Assembly: GCF_011045215.1 (NCBI RefSeq)
Contig: NZ_CP049202.1
Length of the DNA stretch: 64,000 nucleotides
Reading direction: 5' to 3' (one strand)
Origin: Escherichia coli
GTDB taxonomy: Bacteria; Pseudomonadota; Gammaproteobacteria; Enterobacterales; Enterobacteriaceae
The notes under the pieces: generated by a model
The model's database searches: none
Seen by the model: the letters and a program-made list of their open reading frames with translations, nothing else
What the model was told of the DNA's origin: nothing
Shown: piece by piece, positions 30,912 through 41,160 of the stretch
How positions within the stretch are numbered: the first letter of the stretch is position 1
How the letters are laid out: every line of letters starts with the position of its first letter
Translations under genes and position numbers: made by a program

Positions 30912-31427
30912 TTAATTAATACGTGGTTTTCCCCACGCAGACGGTTTAATAACAAAAAACACACTGGATGGCTGATGATAAACATCCTGATTATCAATAT
31001 AAGGCGCTATCCATAATGCTGCCGTCTGCTCACCCGTTCTTAGCGGACGGGGAGGCGTTACCGGCACAACTGAACTGACCGGAACAACCGTTTTCACTTC
31101 CCGGGCAGCGGTAAACAGCGGGCGTGGCGCCAGCAGTTTCTGCTCCGGAAGTGCCGTCACCGCAGGTCTGCTGCCGGACGGAGTGGTCGCGGTGACGGTC
31201 TGCACCGGCATTGTCCGGAAGTTCCCTTCAGCCAGGCGCGGCAGTGATGCCGCAACCGGCTTTGCTTCTGAGGACTGCTCCAGTTTTTTGGCCTTATCAT
31301 TGGCCTGCTCCATCGTCATACAGGTATCGGATGTGGTGGCGTTACACTCAAATTCCGTACTGGTTCCGGCACAGCCGGAAAGTAATAAGGTCCCCAGCAG
31401 AGGAATAAATAAAGAAATCTGTTTCAT
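30912..31427 (-). CDS. traV: TraV outer-membrane lipoprotein, 171 aa
   Basis: Lipobox LLLSGC. Size and position as in F. Confidence 0.9.
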   Translation of the reverse strand: MKQISLFIPLLGTLLLSGCAGTSTEFECNATTSDTCMTMEQANDKAKKLEQSSEAKPVAASLPRLAEGNFRTMPVQTVTATTPSGSRPAVTALPEQKLLAPRPLFTAAREVKTVVPVSSVVPVTPPRPLRTGEQTAALWIAPYIDNQDVYHQPSSVFFVIKPSAWGKPRIN

Positions 31428-31675
31428 TGTCCCTCACCTTTCTCATCGCAGTTCACAAAATCATTCTTCAAATCCCTGACCGTACAGGTTTTTACAATGT
31501 CAGGATTTTCAAAAACCGTACTCCGTGATGATTTATAAACATATGCCACAATGCGTTTCCCACCCGCATCAGGTTCTGGTGCACTGACTTCACATAACGG
31601 AGGTGTTATTCCGGACTCATACAGCACCGGATAATTTATTTTTTTGACGCTGCCATCAGAAACCAGCTTATTCAT
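31424..31675 (-). CDS. trbG: TrbG, 83 aa
   Basis: Size and position as in F. Confidence 0.65.
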   Translation of the reverse strand: MNKLVSDGSVKKINYPVLYESGITPPLCEVSAPEPDAGGKRIVAYVYKSSRSTVFENPDIVKTCTVRDLKNDFVNCDEKGEGQ

Positions 31676-31988
31676 CGAAGGGGTCCTTATATTTCTGAAT
31701 AATTCTGTCGATTAGTTCTTTCACCGGAACAGATTTTCCGCCACCGGATTGTCCGGCAACCACAATATGCCCCGGAGAAGAAAATAAACTCATCGACATA
31801 CCCTTCTTCATCACACCGACAGCAGCCATATTAAAATTGTCCGGCAATGACTCAGAACCGAATTTCTCCGGTGCAGGAAGGACGATTCTTGTGGCGCAGT
31901 TACTGAGAACAGCATGAATAAAATCATCTGACACGGTTTTACCCGGCACAGAGAGGGCTGTAATAACATTAATATTACGCATGTTCAT
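31668..31988 (-). CDS. trbD: TrbD-like protein
   Basis: Position between traP and trbG. Start taken at MNMRNINVIT. Confidence 0.5.
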   Translation of the reverse strand: MNMRNINVITALSVPGKTVSDDFIHAVLSNCATRIVLPAPEKFGSESLPDNFNMAAVGVMKKGMSMSLFSSPGHIVVAGQSGGGKSVPVKELIDRIIQKYKDPFDE

Positions 31989-32565
31989 TTTTATCTCCGT
32001 TGTTTCTGATTGTTCTGTCATCAGGGAAATAAACATGGCATTCCCTGATTTTTCCCGGCAGGGAAGTGTCTTCTGCAAGAACTTCCTTCAGACGCTCATC
32101 TGCAGTTGCCACCCGGACACATTTCATTTTTCCGGGTCGCATCGGATATTTTCCGGAGATCACCGCCAGCGAGACATACATCAGTGCCAGCGTTGCCCAT
32201 AATGCGGTGAACAGTTGCATCAGAGACTAGTCAGTCTCCCTGGCATATTCTGCAGCATCCCCCCGGCGAAAACCGCACGTTACAGACGGAGGCATCGCTA
32301 AATCGGAACCAAAACTGTTCGAGCAGTATCGGACCGGATACAGCCCGGCTGGCGTTCTGCCCCTTACAAACTCGATCTCCTGAACCAGCAATTTCCCCGG
32401 TGTGGTGTTGTCCTTCCATAAAACAAACAGAGCCATCAGGGCCATTGTGGCCAGTGGCAGAATGACGGCGTATTTCAGACACCAGAACAGTCCTCGCAGA
32501 ACCCGGGCGACAACATACCGGGCGGCATGGCCCGCCTGACGGGACGACGTATTATTTGCCATCAT
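31975..32565 (-). pseudogene. traP: traP interrupted by an in-frame amber codon
   Basis: ORFs 32227..32565 and 31975..32220 are in the same frame, separated by TAG at 32227-32229 (...ARETD*SLMQLFTALW...). The total of 197 codons fits the 196-aa F TraP. Confidence 0.8.
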
Positions 32566-33979
32566 TGCCCCCTCCCTGACTGCCGGACATAAACTGCTGC
32601 GGATTCAGGTTGCCCAGTTGCTTCAGCATCTGGTCAGTATTAAAGCCGTTAAGATGACTTTCAGCTGATGGCGGAACAGGAACCGGACTTTCCGGATTGT
32701 CTTCTTCCGCTCTGCTCTGCGTGCGTTCCAGCGCCATCTCTTCCACGGTTTTCAGCTGGAAGCCGTCCTGGAACACCACGGTCACTTCGTTGCCCGCACC
32801 AATCGGTATCACCGGGTGATACTGTTCGGCACGTTTGATGTAGTAGTCACTTAGCGTCTGTGCGGCTTTCGATGCGCCGCCACCGATACCCATTTTAAGG
32901 ACATCGCCGACCCCGTAAGCAGCAGTGGCACCCAGCCCGACAGCCGGCTGGGAGGCGCGCTCCATTCCCTGACCGATACCGTCAACAAATCCCGCGCCCC
33001 ATGCCCAGCCGAGGATTTTGCCGTTACGCATCACCACTTCGCCCTTGATACCGTTTTTACCCCGGAAGCTGACATGCCCCTTAATCGGCATATCAATGGT
33101 TTTGCCGTCCTTCAGGCAGCTGATATTGCGGGTGCGTACAATGGCACGCTCACTGGACACATCCCCCCAGGCTTCCAGACCCACAAAACATCCCGTTGCG
33201 TCATACGTCTTGCTGTTCGGCATTTCCACCAGGCCGGTGATACGCAGCTGCATCGGCACCGTGGATTCATTACCGGTGACAGAGGCATTGGCATCAGCCC
33301 CTTCAATCAGCATGGCTTTCGCAAAACTTCCTGACGGAATGTACGGCAGTGATGGTCCCTGTTTTCCCTCATTACGGGTAAACACCTTACGCTGTATCCG
33401 GTTAGGTACCGGCACAGACTGGTACGTCACCTGTGGTGGTGGCGTGACACCATTCCCGGGATAAAACGCCGTCGGCGGTGGAACAGCAACGCTGCCCTGC
33501 GGCGGGAAGGATACGGGGGTGTTTCCTGGCTGTGGTTCGCCTTCCGGGCCGGGCGGTGAGGCAGGCATCTGCGGTACAGGCTCACCGGTCGCCGTGACGG
33601 GATTAGCACCCAGGGCTTTTACCTGCTCTGCCAGGGCGGCATTGTCCTGTCCCAGCTTTTCAATACGACGCTGGTCATCACCGCGCTGTTTGTTCAGAAC
33701 ATCCAGCTCACGACGGATTTCCTCATACTGCTTCTGCATCTGCGCTGCCGTCACCTGCATCTCGGTGGTGGCATGCTGACGCACCTTGTCATCAAAGGTC
33801 GTATCCACCACACCGGTCATATCCGGCACAGGCTCCTGTTCAGCCACGGTTTCACCGTTACCGGACATGTCCACATCAGACAGATACAGTGCCCCACCAA
33901 TCGCGGAGGCTGTACCGACAACCACAATCCCCAGCCACAGGTACTGCTTGCGTTTCACAATGGTATTGATACTGGCCAT
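32552..33979 (-). CDS. traB: TraB (VirB10-like), 475 aa
   Basis: N-terminal TM, coiled-coil, Pro-rich region. Size and position as in F. Confidence 0.92.
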   Translation of the reverse strand: MASINTIVKRKQYLWLGIVVVGTASAIGGALYLSDVDMSGNGETVAEQEPVPDMTGVVDTTFDDKVRQHATTEMQVTAAQMQKQYEEIRRELDVLNKQRGDDQRRIEKLGQDNAALAEQVKALGANPVTATGEPVPQMPASPPGPEGEPQPGNTPVSFPPQGSVAVPPPTAFYPGNGVTPPPQVTYQSVPVPNRIQRKVFTRNEGKQGPSLPYIPSGSFAKAMLIEGADANASVTGNESTVPMQLRITGLVEMPNSKTYDATGCFVGLEAWGDVSSERAIVRTRNISCLKDGKTIDMPIKGHVSFRGKNGIKGEVVMRNGKILGWAWGAGFVDGIGQGMERASQPAVGLGATAAYGVGDVLKMGIGGGASKAAQTLSDYYIKRAEQYHPVIPIGAGNEVTVVFQDGFQLKTVEEMALERTQSRAEEDNPESPVPVPPSAESHLNGFNTDQMLKQLGNLNPQQFMSGSQGGGNDGK

Positions 33980-34707
33980 CAGTTGCCCTCCCCGTCACGG
34001 ATGACATACACATCCATGCGCGCACCTGCCAGTAACTGGCTGGCAGGCTGGCTGAACATCACGGCACGGGTTCCCGGCTGCCAGAAGTCACTTTCCCGGA
34101 TATTCAGGGCAGACAGCGTTTTATTTTCCACGGCAAAGCGGACCATCTTCAGGTGATTCCCCGTCCATACGGCATCTGCCACTGAAGACAGCCCCGCCGG
34201 GGCCTGCAGGGTTTCCTTTGTCACCGGGACCTGATACCAGCCTGCGGGTAATTTTCCGCCACGGACGGCCTGGCTGATGGTCACAAGCAGGGATTCGTAA
34301 GGCGTGGACGTTTCCCACGCACCGGCTTCTTCTCCGGTTCCGCGCAGGTCACTGACCAGCTGAATGGTACGCCCCGCGCCTTCACGGGGAACGGCCTGAA
34401 TGGAAAGATTCAGACCACGTTCTGTTTCCAGAATGAACGTAAAGGGCTTTTTGTTGACGGTGGCAACCACCACACCGCCGGAGGCGGTCTGCTCATTATT
34501 GGTCAGGGCACCATCCAGACTGTTCACGGCGATAATCCGGTCACCGGGAACGGTAAACAGATTCGGGCTGGTATTGCTGATGGCAATACTGGCCTGACCA
34601 CCGTTCACCATTGGCACCACGGTGGGGGCCAGCGTACCGTTTGCGGCCATCACGCTGCAGGAAAAAAACAGGCTGCCGAATATTATTGCCGTATTATTTT
34701 TTCTCAT
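33979..34707 (-). CDS. traK: TraK (VirB9/secretin-like), 242 aa
   Basis: Signal peptide. Size and position as in F. Confidence 0.9.
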   Translation of the reverse strand: MRKNNTAIIFGSLFFSCSVMAANGTLAPTVVPMVNGGQASIAISNTSPNLFTVPGDRIIAVNSLDGALTNNEQTASGGVVVATVNKKPFTFILETERGLNLSIQAVPREGAGRTIQLVSDLRGTGEEAGAWETSTPYESLLVTISQAVRGGKLPAGWYQVPVTKETLQAPAGLSSVADAVWTGNHLKMVRFAVENKTLSALNIRESDFWQPGTRAVMFSQPASQLLAGARMDVYVIRDGEGN

Positions 34708-35260
34708 CGTCTGTTTCCCCGAAATTATCCAGCCAGGTCACCCCGTTTTCCCGCTTCAGAATAAGGATGTAATGTTTGATATCAGTGAAAGGTTTTGAAT
34801 CACCAATCCAGGTTTTAAGCACACCACGAATTTCCACACGGCCATACTGAGGCCAGACACGAACACTGGTCTGGAAAAAGGCTGAGTTCACGTTATCGTT
34901 TTTAATACGCTTCGCTTCTTCAGCCAGAATAACTTTCATCTGGTTCTGTGCGCCCGGACGGATATATTGCAGAAGCGCCTGATGTGAGGCATCGACGGTT
35001 TCTGATGAAACATTCAGGCGGAGGGCAATAAATGACAGCGCCATCTGCTGTAAATAAGAGGCATCTGCACTATTCTGCGACACGGCAAAGGGGGCATTAA
35101 ATGCCATTGGCGTCACGGCAGTGCGTTGCTCATTCTGAAGACGGTAGTTATTCACCCCCTGAATGACGTTAACAGAGAGGCTGAGAACAATAAGCACTGA
35201 CATAAATATAAAGGCGATGGCCATTACACGACTGGTACTTAAACGGGCACCGTGTTCCAT
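34694..35260 (-). CDS. traE: TraE, 188 aa
   Basis: N-terminal TM. Size and position as in F. Confidence 0.9.
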   Translation of the reverse strand: MEHGARLSTSRVMAIAFIFMSVLIVLSLSVNVIQGVNNYRLQNEQRTAVTPMAFNAPFAVSQNSADASYLQQMALSFIALRLNVSSETVDASHQALLQYIRPGAQNQMKVILAEEAKRIKNDNVNSAFFQTSVRVWPQYGRVEIRGVLKTWIGDSKPFTDIKHYILILKRENGVTWLDNFGETDDEKK

Positions 35261-35281
35261 ATAACAATCCTGGTATCAGTT

Positions 35282-35593
35282 CTATTTAATCCACTGCCGG
35301 AAACACGAATCGGGAATATTATGAAAAATACCGCGCAGCAGGGCTGTTGGCATATACCAGTAAATCAGGTCACGTAACCAGGAACTGCCCCGCCCCTTTT
35401 TCAGTTTTTTAATCCCGAAATAAACCAGAACCGCTGCACCAATACCGAACAGATATTTCGATGTTGTGATACCCCAGCCAGTACAGATTGCTGCGGGTAT
35501 CAGTTCATCCAGTGGCAGGCCAAAGTAGCGGCTCTGGTTGGTCAGTGTTTCCGGGAAACGATATTTCTTAAGTTTATTCTCGTCTCCCGACAT
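35282..35593 (-). CDS. traL: TraL, 103 aa
   Basis: [30 protein letters not shown]. Position after traA. Confidence 0.88.
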   Translation of the reverse strand: MSGDENKLKKYRFPETLTNQSRYFGLPLDELIPAAICTGWGITTSKYLFGIGAAVLVYFGIKKLKKGRGSSWLRDLIYWYMPTALLRGIFHNIPDSCFRQWIK

Positions 35594-35607
35594 CGTTTTA
35601 TTTCCTG

Positions 35608-35967
35608 TCAGAGGCCAACGACGGCCATACCCACAGCAATAAATACAGAAATGATGGCAAAACCGGCCAGGAACTTGACGTTTTTGGTCATCATGTACAT
35701 GACCGCACCGACCAGAACTTCAGCCAGAACAACCCATTTAACAACACTGGAGTCCTTACCGAAGGTCGCCTTAACCGTGGTGTTACCGCTTGCCATCAGG
35801 TCCTGGCCCTGTGCTGCCATTGCCAGCTGCGGGAAGAACATCATCAGAACAGCAGCCGGGATCACAGCGCGAACCAGGCGAAGCATATTCAGACGAGTGA
35901 ATTTAGAAAAAAACGACTTCTTTTTGACGGGCGCAGAAGCACCCTGAACACTTAAAACGGCGTCCAT
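35608..35967 (-). CDS. traA: TraA propilin, 119 aa
   Basis: Long leader ending FPQLAMA, followed by a mature hydrophobic F-type pilin. Confidence 0.95.
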   Translation of the reverse strand: MDAVLSVQGASAPVKKKSFFSKFTRLNMLRLVRAVIPAAVLMMFFPQLAMAAQGQDLMASGNTTVKATFGKDSSVVKWVVLAEVLVGAVMYMMTKNVKFLAGFAIISVFIAVGMAVVGL

Positions 35968-36009
35968 ATGATTCCTCTGTTTAATATTGATAGTAAAAAA
36001 TAAAACTCT

Positions 36010-36225
36010 TTATATATCGTCTATGTCTTCAGCTTCCTCCTTTACTAAAGATGCATTATAAAAGTCGGGAAAACGATTGAGATGATCTTTTAGTCTAATG
36101 AACACCTCATTAGTTTTTGTTCTTCCGCTACGATCCCTGGCTGCTAAAAGTTTCTGATTAGTTGTCTCATCCAGTATTAATAAGACTTTGTTACCTGGTG
36201 CGGCTCTGGTTCTCCCTCTGCTCAC
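36010..36225 (-). CDS. traY: TraY ribbon-helix-helix oriT/PY accessory protein (GTG start)
   Basis: 71 aa with SD GGAGGGAAC before the GTG. Position between traJ and traA. Confidence 0.8.
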   Translation of the reverse strand: MSRGRTRAAPGNKVLLILDETTNQKLLAARDRSGRTKTNEVFIRLKDHLNRFPDFYNASLVKEEAEDIDDI

Positions 36226-36360
36226 GTTCCCTCCGCATAATTACTTGAGATAATAAAATATAATCATATAAATCATCTTTAATGAAAACAAAAATAGAGT
36301 AAATTATATTAACAAAAACGGGAACCAATGGTTCCCGCAAAATAACAAAAAGTTAACAGC

Positions 36361-37008
36361 TTATCTTCCCAATATTTCTTTTACTTTAGCATATAAAGGA
36401 AGTATCTTTTCCGTTCTAATCATTTCATCCAACCAGAGATCTCTAGAACTAAATCCATATCGTTTAAATAATTTCATGGTTTTCTTCTTTGATTTAGACA
36501 CAGTGATGTTCATCTTTGCTGATGAATAATGATGGCTAAACCCTATCAGATATGGCTCAATGCCTACATATTCATCAGAGGGTACAATTAATTCATTGGA
36601 GTATTTAGACACAACAAACGATGACAGATTATCATTTGCTACCCAAATAAACCTCCAGATGAAGAAATAGCCGCATGGTGTTATAACACTTTCTATGATC
36701 ACACTCCATAACGTATTATTAAGTAATATGTCATTATTACAATTTACACCATAAATAGAAGAGCATGATTCAATCTCTGCTCTGGATAACTGTAATTTAC
36801 ATTCCAACGTTAAACTATCAAACCATTCATCACATGAATTAAAGGACGATCTGATAAGTTTTTCAAAGCAGTTATTTTCCTTAATAAAAGAACCATCCTC
36901 GAAGCGGATACATACAGGATATTTTAAAAACGAAATAGCCTCTCCAAGACTATGAGGGAAATGCAATTGACTGATGAGTGCTCTTTCTCTACGATCCATC
37001 GCACACAT
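36361..37008 (-). CDS. traJ: TraJ transfer activator, 215 aa
   Basis: ATG at 37008 preceded by GGAGG. AT-rich. Position between traM and traY; FinP lies antisense at its 5' end. Confidence 0.8.
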   Translation of the reverse strand: MCAMDRRERALISQLHFPHSLGEAISFLKYPVCIRFEDGSFIKENNCFEKLIRSSFNSCDEWFDSLTLECKLQLSRAEIESCSSIYGVNCNNDILLNNTLWSVIIESVITPCGYFFIWRFIWVANDNLSSFVVSKYSNELIVPSDEYVGIEPYLIGFSHHYSSAKMNITVSKSKKKTMKLFKRYGFSSRDLWLDEMIRTEKILPLYAKVKEILGR

Positions 37009-37078
37009 AGGAACCTCCGTTAAGGATTCTATGGACAGTCGATGCAGGGAGTGGCTGCTCCCTGCATCGGCGATTTTC
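37003..37078 (+). ncRNA. finP: FinP antisense RNA (approximate ends)
   Basis: Antisense to the traJ RBS and start codon. Stem-loop I is about 37006-37033. Stem-loop II is a 14-bp stem, 37038-37051/37058-37071, followed by GAUUUU. Confidence 0.65.
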
Positions 37079-37198
37079 AGTTTCAATTTTTAACGTGGCA
37101 TTAACCACGTAATCAATATACTAATTATTCTGATTATTGTCATCAGTTCGAACCATAAAAAACTCTGATATTTGAACAAAGTCAAAATTTATTTCCCT

Positions 37199-37582
37199 TT
37201 ATTCATCATCATTTTTTGGAAAGAACCTTTCCATCTCAACCGACACCTTCTCTCTGATATCTTCAACCATATTGGCATATTCAAACTTCGGGTTTCCGGA
37301 AACATGAGGGCTAAGAGACTCAATACCTAAAATCTTTGCCACTGTTGACTGCGTTTTTACAACACATTCAAGAAGAAGTTTATTAAACTCTGCCTGATTA
37401 AATGCTGATTCTTTTCGTTCCATCTGCGCTTCATAAACTCGCAATCCTAACTCAAGCAACATAGAGGCAATACTTGAATAACTAACATCTTTCTCTTTTG
37501 CTCCCTCTGCTCGCCTCTGCACAGCAATAGCATTTATTTTTTCAGACACATGGTCATTAACATAAACCTGAATTTTGGCCAT
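37199..37582 (-). CDS. traM: TraM relaxosome accessory protein, 127 aa
   Basis: ...SMLLELGLRVYEAQMERKESAFNQAEFNKLLLECVVKTQ... matches TraM of F-like plasmids. Confidence 0.93.
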   Translation of the reverse strand: MAKIQVYVNDHVSEKINAIAVQRRAEGAKEKDVSYSSIASMLLELGLRVYEAQMERKESAFNQAEFNKLLLECVVKTQSTVAKILGIESLSPHVSGNPKFEYANMVEDIREKVSVEMERFFPKNDDE

Positions 37583-37960
37583 AACACACCTTATTTATCT
37601 TCCTAAACAAACAATATGTTTTCGTGCTCTCTATTCTTCACCTTACGACGAATCGCCATTAGATTCATCATACTAAAATTACGATTCACTATACGAATCA
37701 GCAATCATCAAATGACGAATCTAATATAGATTCACGCGCCAAGTAAATAGATGTTTTCAAAAAAATAGTCATTACTGAATCATTGACAATTCGTGATAGA
37801 TTCACTATCGAATCTATCACGAATCCCTGCAATATAATTCAAAATTATATAATATAAATACACTTCATTAATTACATGATTTAAAACACAAATCAGCAAA
37901 AACTTGTTTTTGCGTGGGGTGTGGTGCTTTTGGTGGTGAGAACCACCAACCTGTTGAGCC
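37583..37960 (+). other. oriT: oriT region; nic predicted between 37922 and 37923 on the + strand
   Basis: TTTGCGTGGGGTGT|GGTGCTTTTGGTGGTGAGAACCACCAACCTGTTGAG equals the F-type TraI nic/binding sequence as recalled. The AT-rich region carries gattc/gaatc repeat motifs. Confidence 0.85.
37793..37820. promoter_or_regulatory. Inverted repeat, candidate TraM binding site (sbm-like) / traM operator
   Basis: gtgatagattc-actatc-gaatctatcac. Related half-sites recur between 37650 and 37830. Confidence 0.5.
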
Positions 37961-38013
37961 TTTTTGTGGAGTGGGTTAAATTATTTACGGATAAAGTCAC
38001 CAGAGGTGGAAAA

Positions 38014-38523
38014 ATGAAAAAATGGATGTTAGCCATCTGCCTGATGTTTATAAATGAGATCTGCCATGCCAATGATTGCTTTGATCTTTCAGGCCGGGAT
38101 TACAAAATAGATCCTGATTTACTGAGAGCAATATCATGGAAAGAATCCCGTTACCGGGTTAATGCCATCGGTATTAATCCGGTAACGGGATATGGCAGCG
38201 GACTGATGCAGGTAGATTCCCAGCATTTTAACGAACTGGCCCGCTATGGAATTAATCCGGAACATCTGACAACAGATCCCTGCATGAACATTTATACCGG
38301 TGCTTATTATCTGGCAATAGCCTTTAAAAAATGGGGCGTCTCCTGGGAGGCCGTTGGTGCATACAATGCCGGATTCAGGAAGACCGAACGCCAGAACCAG
38401 AGACGTCTTGCCTACGCATCAGATGTTTACCGGATTTATACCGGGATAAAAAGCAGTAAAGGTATCCGGATTCCGGCCACGAAGAAATCACTTCCGGAAA
38501 TTAACAGCGTGCAGAACAATTAA
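38014..38523 (+). CDS. Lytic transglycosylase (F orf169 / R1 gene 19 family), 169 aa
   Basis: Signal peptide plus the SLT motif AISWKESRY...GLMQV...AYNAG. It is the first gene next to oriT. Confidence 0.88.
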   Translation: MKKWMLAICLMFINEICHANDCFDLSGRDYKIDPDLLRAISWKESRYRVNAIGINPVTGYGSGLMQVDSQHFNELARYGINPEHLTTDPCMNIYTGAYYLAIAFKKWGVSWEAVGAYNAGFRKTERQNQRRLAYASDVYRIYTGIKSSKGIRIPATKKSLPEINSVQNN

Positions 38524-38768
38524 TCTTACAGACATTGTCAGATACCGGTTATGCCGCAAAAGCGGCATGGAAGGCCACACACAAAAATATCATATGAGTG
38601 ACAATACTGACTGGCCGAAGCCCCGCGAAGCGGGAACCCATCTTATATATACCCGGTAACTGCGCAGCCTCCTGCCAGACCATTTTTCGCGGGCACAATA
38701 TTTACAGACAACCGGAAAGCCAGTTGATGAAATTGAGGTATATCAGACGACACAGCGATGCCGAAGAA

Positions 38769-38821
38769 TGATAATATAAGTAAAGCCCCGAAAATTTTTC
38801 GGGGCTTTACTTATATTATCA
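38769..38821. terminator. Perfect 26-bp inverted repeat (bidirectional terminator-like)
   Basis: tgataatataagtaaagccccgaaaa / t / ttttcggggctttacttatattatca. The right arm contains the natural stop of the DUF932 reading frame. Confidence 0.6.
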
Positions 38822-39640
38822 TGACTTCCACTTTCTGAACTGTTCGGCAATCACCCATAACGCCTTGTTGATTCTTATATCACCATCAATACCTGTAATG
38901 GCTCTTGTCCTAGTATTTTTCCCGGAGGCACTTTGCCCCGATCATCCACCTTTTATCATATTCTCCTGAACCCGCTGCCAGGTTGTCCAGAGATCGTTCT
39001 GTTTATCCTCCCAACGATGGGGAGTAATTATCTGTTCAGGCGTCACTGGCGTTTTATTTTCATCTTCATACCTGACCATCAGTGCAGCTCTGCTAAATAA
39101 ATGTTGCTCGTCACTGTTAAGATGAATTTCTTTCATCGCCTCCATATTATCAGTGACCTTATCAAAGATACCGAGTACTTCATACGCTCCCTCGATAACC
39201 TGCTCGACAATATCACCTTTATGTGGAACGCGGATTTCGCCAAAATTATTTCCGCACACCAGGCCATTTGTGCAGACAAAACGAAAAATTCCGGGGATCA
39301 TCTGATAACTGGATGAACCATCATGTGAATTAAGCAGGATAATTTCAGGAACTTCCTGCCCGTTAATATGCCCTTCCCTGCGAAGACGTAACATATGTTT
39401 ACTGTATTCGCGACGTCCCAAATCACGAACCCGACTCTGACAGGCAAAGAATGGCTGGAAACCTTCATCACGTAACTTATTGATGATATTGATTGTTGGA
39501 ATATACGTATAACGTTCACTCCGGGACTCATGTTTATCACCGGAAAATACCGAAGGCACGAACTGCATTAATTCATCATCCGTTAAAGGACGTTCACGGC
39601 GGATGGAATTATACCGACCAAAACGGGAAGCTAATCGCAT
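38819..39640 (-). pseudogene. DUF932 (YfjQ-like) gene with an in-frame opal codon
   Basis: MRLASRFGRYNSIRRERPLTDDELMQFVPSVF... resembles E. coli YfjQ. TGA at 38942-38944 is followed in frame by 40 conserved-looking codons (SGQSASGKNTRTRAITGIDGDIRINKALWVIAE...). Total 274 codons. Confidence 0.75.
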
Positions 39641-39758
39641 AACAGCTACTCCTTTATGAAAGAATAAATTTAATAAAAAATTTTTCCGCTTAATATCATC
39701 CCTCCTGGTCACCATTAACAAGATTGCAACAATCAGGAGGAATATTCATCACATCCAG

Positions 39759-40045
39759 TCAGCAGATCGCCCGGATATCGAGGCCGGCACGCTTAATCTG
39801 ACGCAGGAACTGTTTGAAGTGATCGGCTTCCGCAATGTTGATATGGCGGAACTGCGTATCCACACCCCGGCTGAGCGCGTAGCTATAGCTGAAGGCCATC
39901 TTTTCCGGGTGGCTTTTGCGATATTTTTTCAGCTCAGTCAGGCTGCTGAATTCTAGGACGTCCCACTCTTCCCCGGTGTTTTTTTCTTCCCGGCAACAAG
40001 AAGCGTGTACGACGCGGTGTTAACGTGGATATTTCGGGTACTCAT
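39759..40045 (-). pseudogene. Frameshifted small leading-region gene (95 aa if restored)
   Basis: MSTRNIHVNTASYTLLVAGKKK, then a frame change at the A7/T7 tract 39979-39985, then ...EEWDVLEFSSLTELKKYRKSHPEKMAFSYSYALSRGVDTQFRHINIAEADHFKQFLRQIKRAGLDIRAIC. Length 287 nt. Confidence 0.55.
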
Positions 40046-40066
40046 CCTGCTTTCTCCTCTCTCTGG

Positions 40067-40620
40067 TTTTCAGCCCCCATCATCTTTTGAGTTTCGGGAG
40101 CCGCGGTTTTGACGTTTTGCGGGGACCTGCCTTTTGTTCCCTCCGGTATTCACCATCATCTTTTTGAGAACCTTCGCCGCAAGGGGCATCACTGCCACGG
40201 CCGGAAACGACTGTCCGGGGGCAGACCGCAAAAGTTTTTGCCTGCTTCTGGGCAAAAACTTTTGCGGGATGTGCATTTCACCCCTGGACTGGCGGAGACG
40301 GTTGTGGCTGTATCAGCCCCCGGCGACAGGGGATTAAACAGGTGAATGGCACCGGACAGAACAACGGGCAGGGACCCGCCGCAGCGACGTGAAGCGCGGT
40401 TTGCGAAACGGCGTTGCCCCTTACATCCCGGCGGCCTTTTGCCGGGATGCCGGGAGCGCAGGCCACGGCGCGACAGAGGCGGCGCGACCGGAACGGTCGC
40501 TGCAAGCCCGGGGTTTCGCGTCAGGGATGGAAGCCCGCCAGGGCGGAGACAGCTTCGCTGGCTCCGTTCACGACAGCCCGCCCCGCCAGGGGGACGCCCG
40601 GAAAAGGCATAAGCAGGAGA
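40067..40620. repeat. Direct repeat copy A (~554 bp), GC-rich structured non-coding element
   Basis: Near-identical to 45462-46018. Spurious ORF peptides from the two copies differ by single residues. Confidence 0.9.
40121..40377 (-). promoter_or_regulatory. Frpo/ssi-like long imperfect hairpin in the T-strand (candidate ssDNA promoter, minus-sense output)
   Basis: Perfect 16-bp apical stem 40227-40242/40251-40266. The arms stay partly complementary for ~120 nt (ggtgaataccgga vs ggtgaatggcaccgga; gaacaaaaggcaggtcccc vs gaacaacgggcagggaccc). Confidence 0.6.
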
Positions 40621-40915
40621 ACAACAAAACAGACAATAATCAGGGCAGCAGTAATCAGAGTCAGAACAGGAGGAAAAAGAGAATAATCAAAGGGAAGGTG
40701 ATGTGATTTCTGACAGGTCATAAACAGAGAAGGCGGGGGAAAAGAACGGGCGCCGCAGGCGCACGTTCATCCCCGTTCCCGGAGGGAAACGGCCTTCCTG
40801 GCAGTCTGGTTGTTCATGCCCGTACAATGCCAGCAAGGAGAAAGGGGCCACCGGCGAACCAGCAGCCCCTTTATAAAGGCGCTTCAGTGCAGTCAGACCA
40901 GCATCAGCCCTGAAA

Positions 40916-40935
40916 AGGCGGGCCTGCGCCCGCCT
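40916..40935 (-). terminator. Hairpin plus U-run just 3' of hok
   Basis: aggcgggc-ctgc-gcccgcct with a flanking A4 on the + strand (U-run in minus sense). Confidence 0.5.
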
Positions 40936-40943
40936 CCAGGTTG

Positions 40944-41102
40944 CTACTTACCGGATTCGTAAGCCATGAAAGCCGCCACCTCCCTGTATCCGTCTCTGTA
41001 ACGAATCTCGCACAGCGATTTTCGTGTCAGATAAGTGAATATCAACAGTGTGAGACACACGATCAACACACACCAGACAAGAGAGCTGCGTGGTAGTTTC
41101 AT
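40944..41102 (-). CDS. hok: Hok membrane toxin, 52 aa
   Basis: [52 protein letters not shown] matches Hok as recalled. Confidence 0.95.
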
Positions 41103-41160
41103 GGCCTTCTTCTCCTTGCGCAAAGCGCGGTAAGAGGCTATCCTGATGTTGTCTAAGCAT
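40948..41160 (-). CDS. mok: Mok (modulator of killing) overlapping reading frame, 70 aa
   Basis: 70-aa ORF overlapping hok in another frame, as in hok/sok loci. Confidence 0.75.

Noticed and set aside
31668-31988. P-loop-like motif GQSGGGKS near the C-terminus of the TrbD-like ORF
   Set aside because: The protein is too small (~106 aa) and the motif too close to the C-terminus to form an NTPase fold. I treat it as a chance match unless homologs show otherwise.
40070-40721. Multiple overlapping ORFs in all frames across repeat A, and the equivalent set at 45443..46274 across repeat B, including poly-Lys/poly-Phe frames over the purine tract
   Set aside because: They overlap one another in several frames and have Arg/Pro/Gly-rich nonsense-like composition. 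They coincide with the hairpin arms. I interpret this DNA as structured non-coding DNA rather than coding sequence.
40521-40721. Small hydrophobic ORFs at the distal ends of both repeats (66 aa at 40521..40721; 74 aa at 45913..46137) sharing a C-terminus GRAVVNGAS.AVSALAGF.P
   Set aside because: The shared C-terminus simply reflects the repeated DNA. The N-terminal parts are unrelated; the repeat B copy is translated from the microsatellite. No SD precedes either ATG. They were tempting as Hok-like toxins but are not supported.
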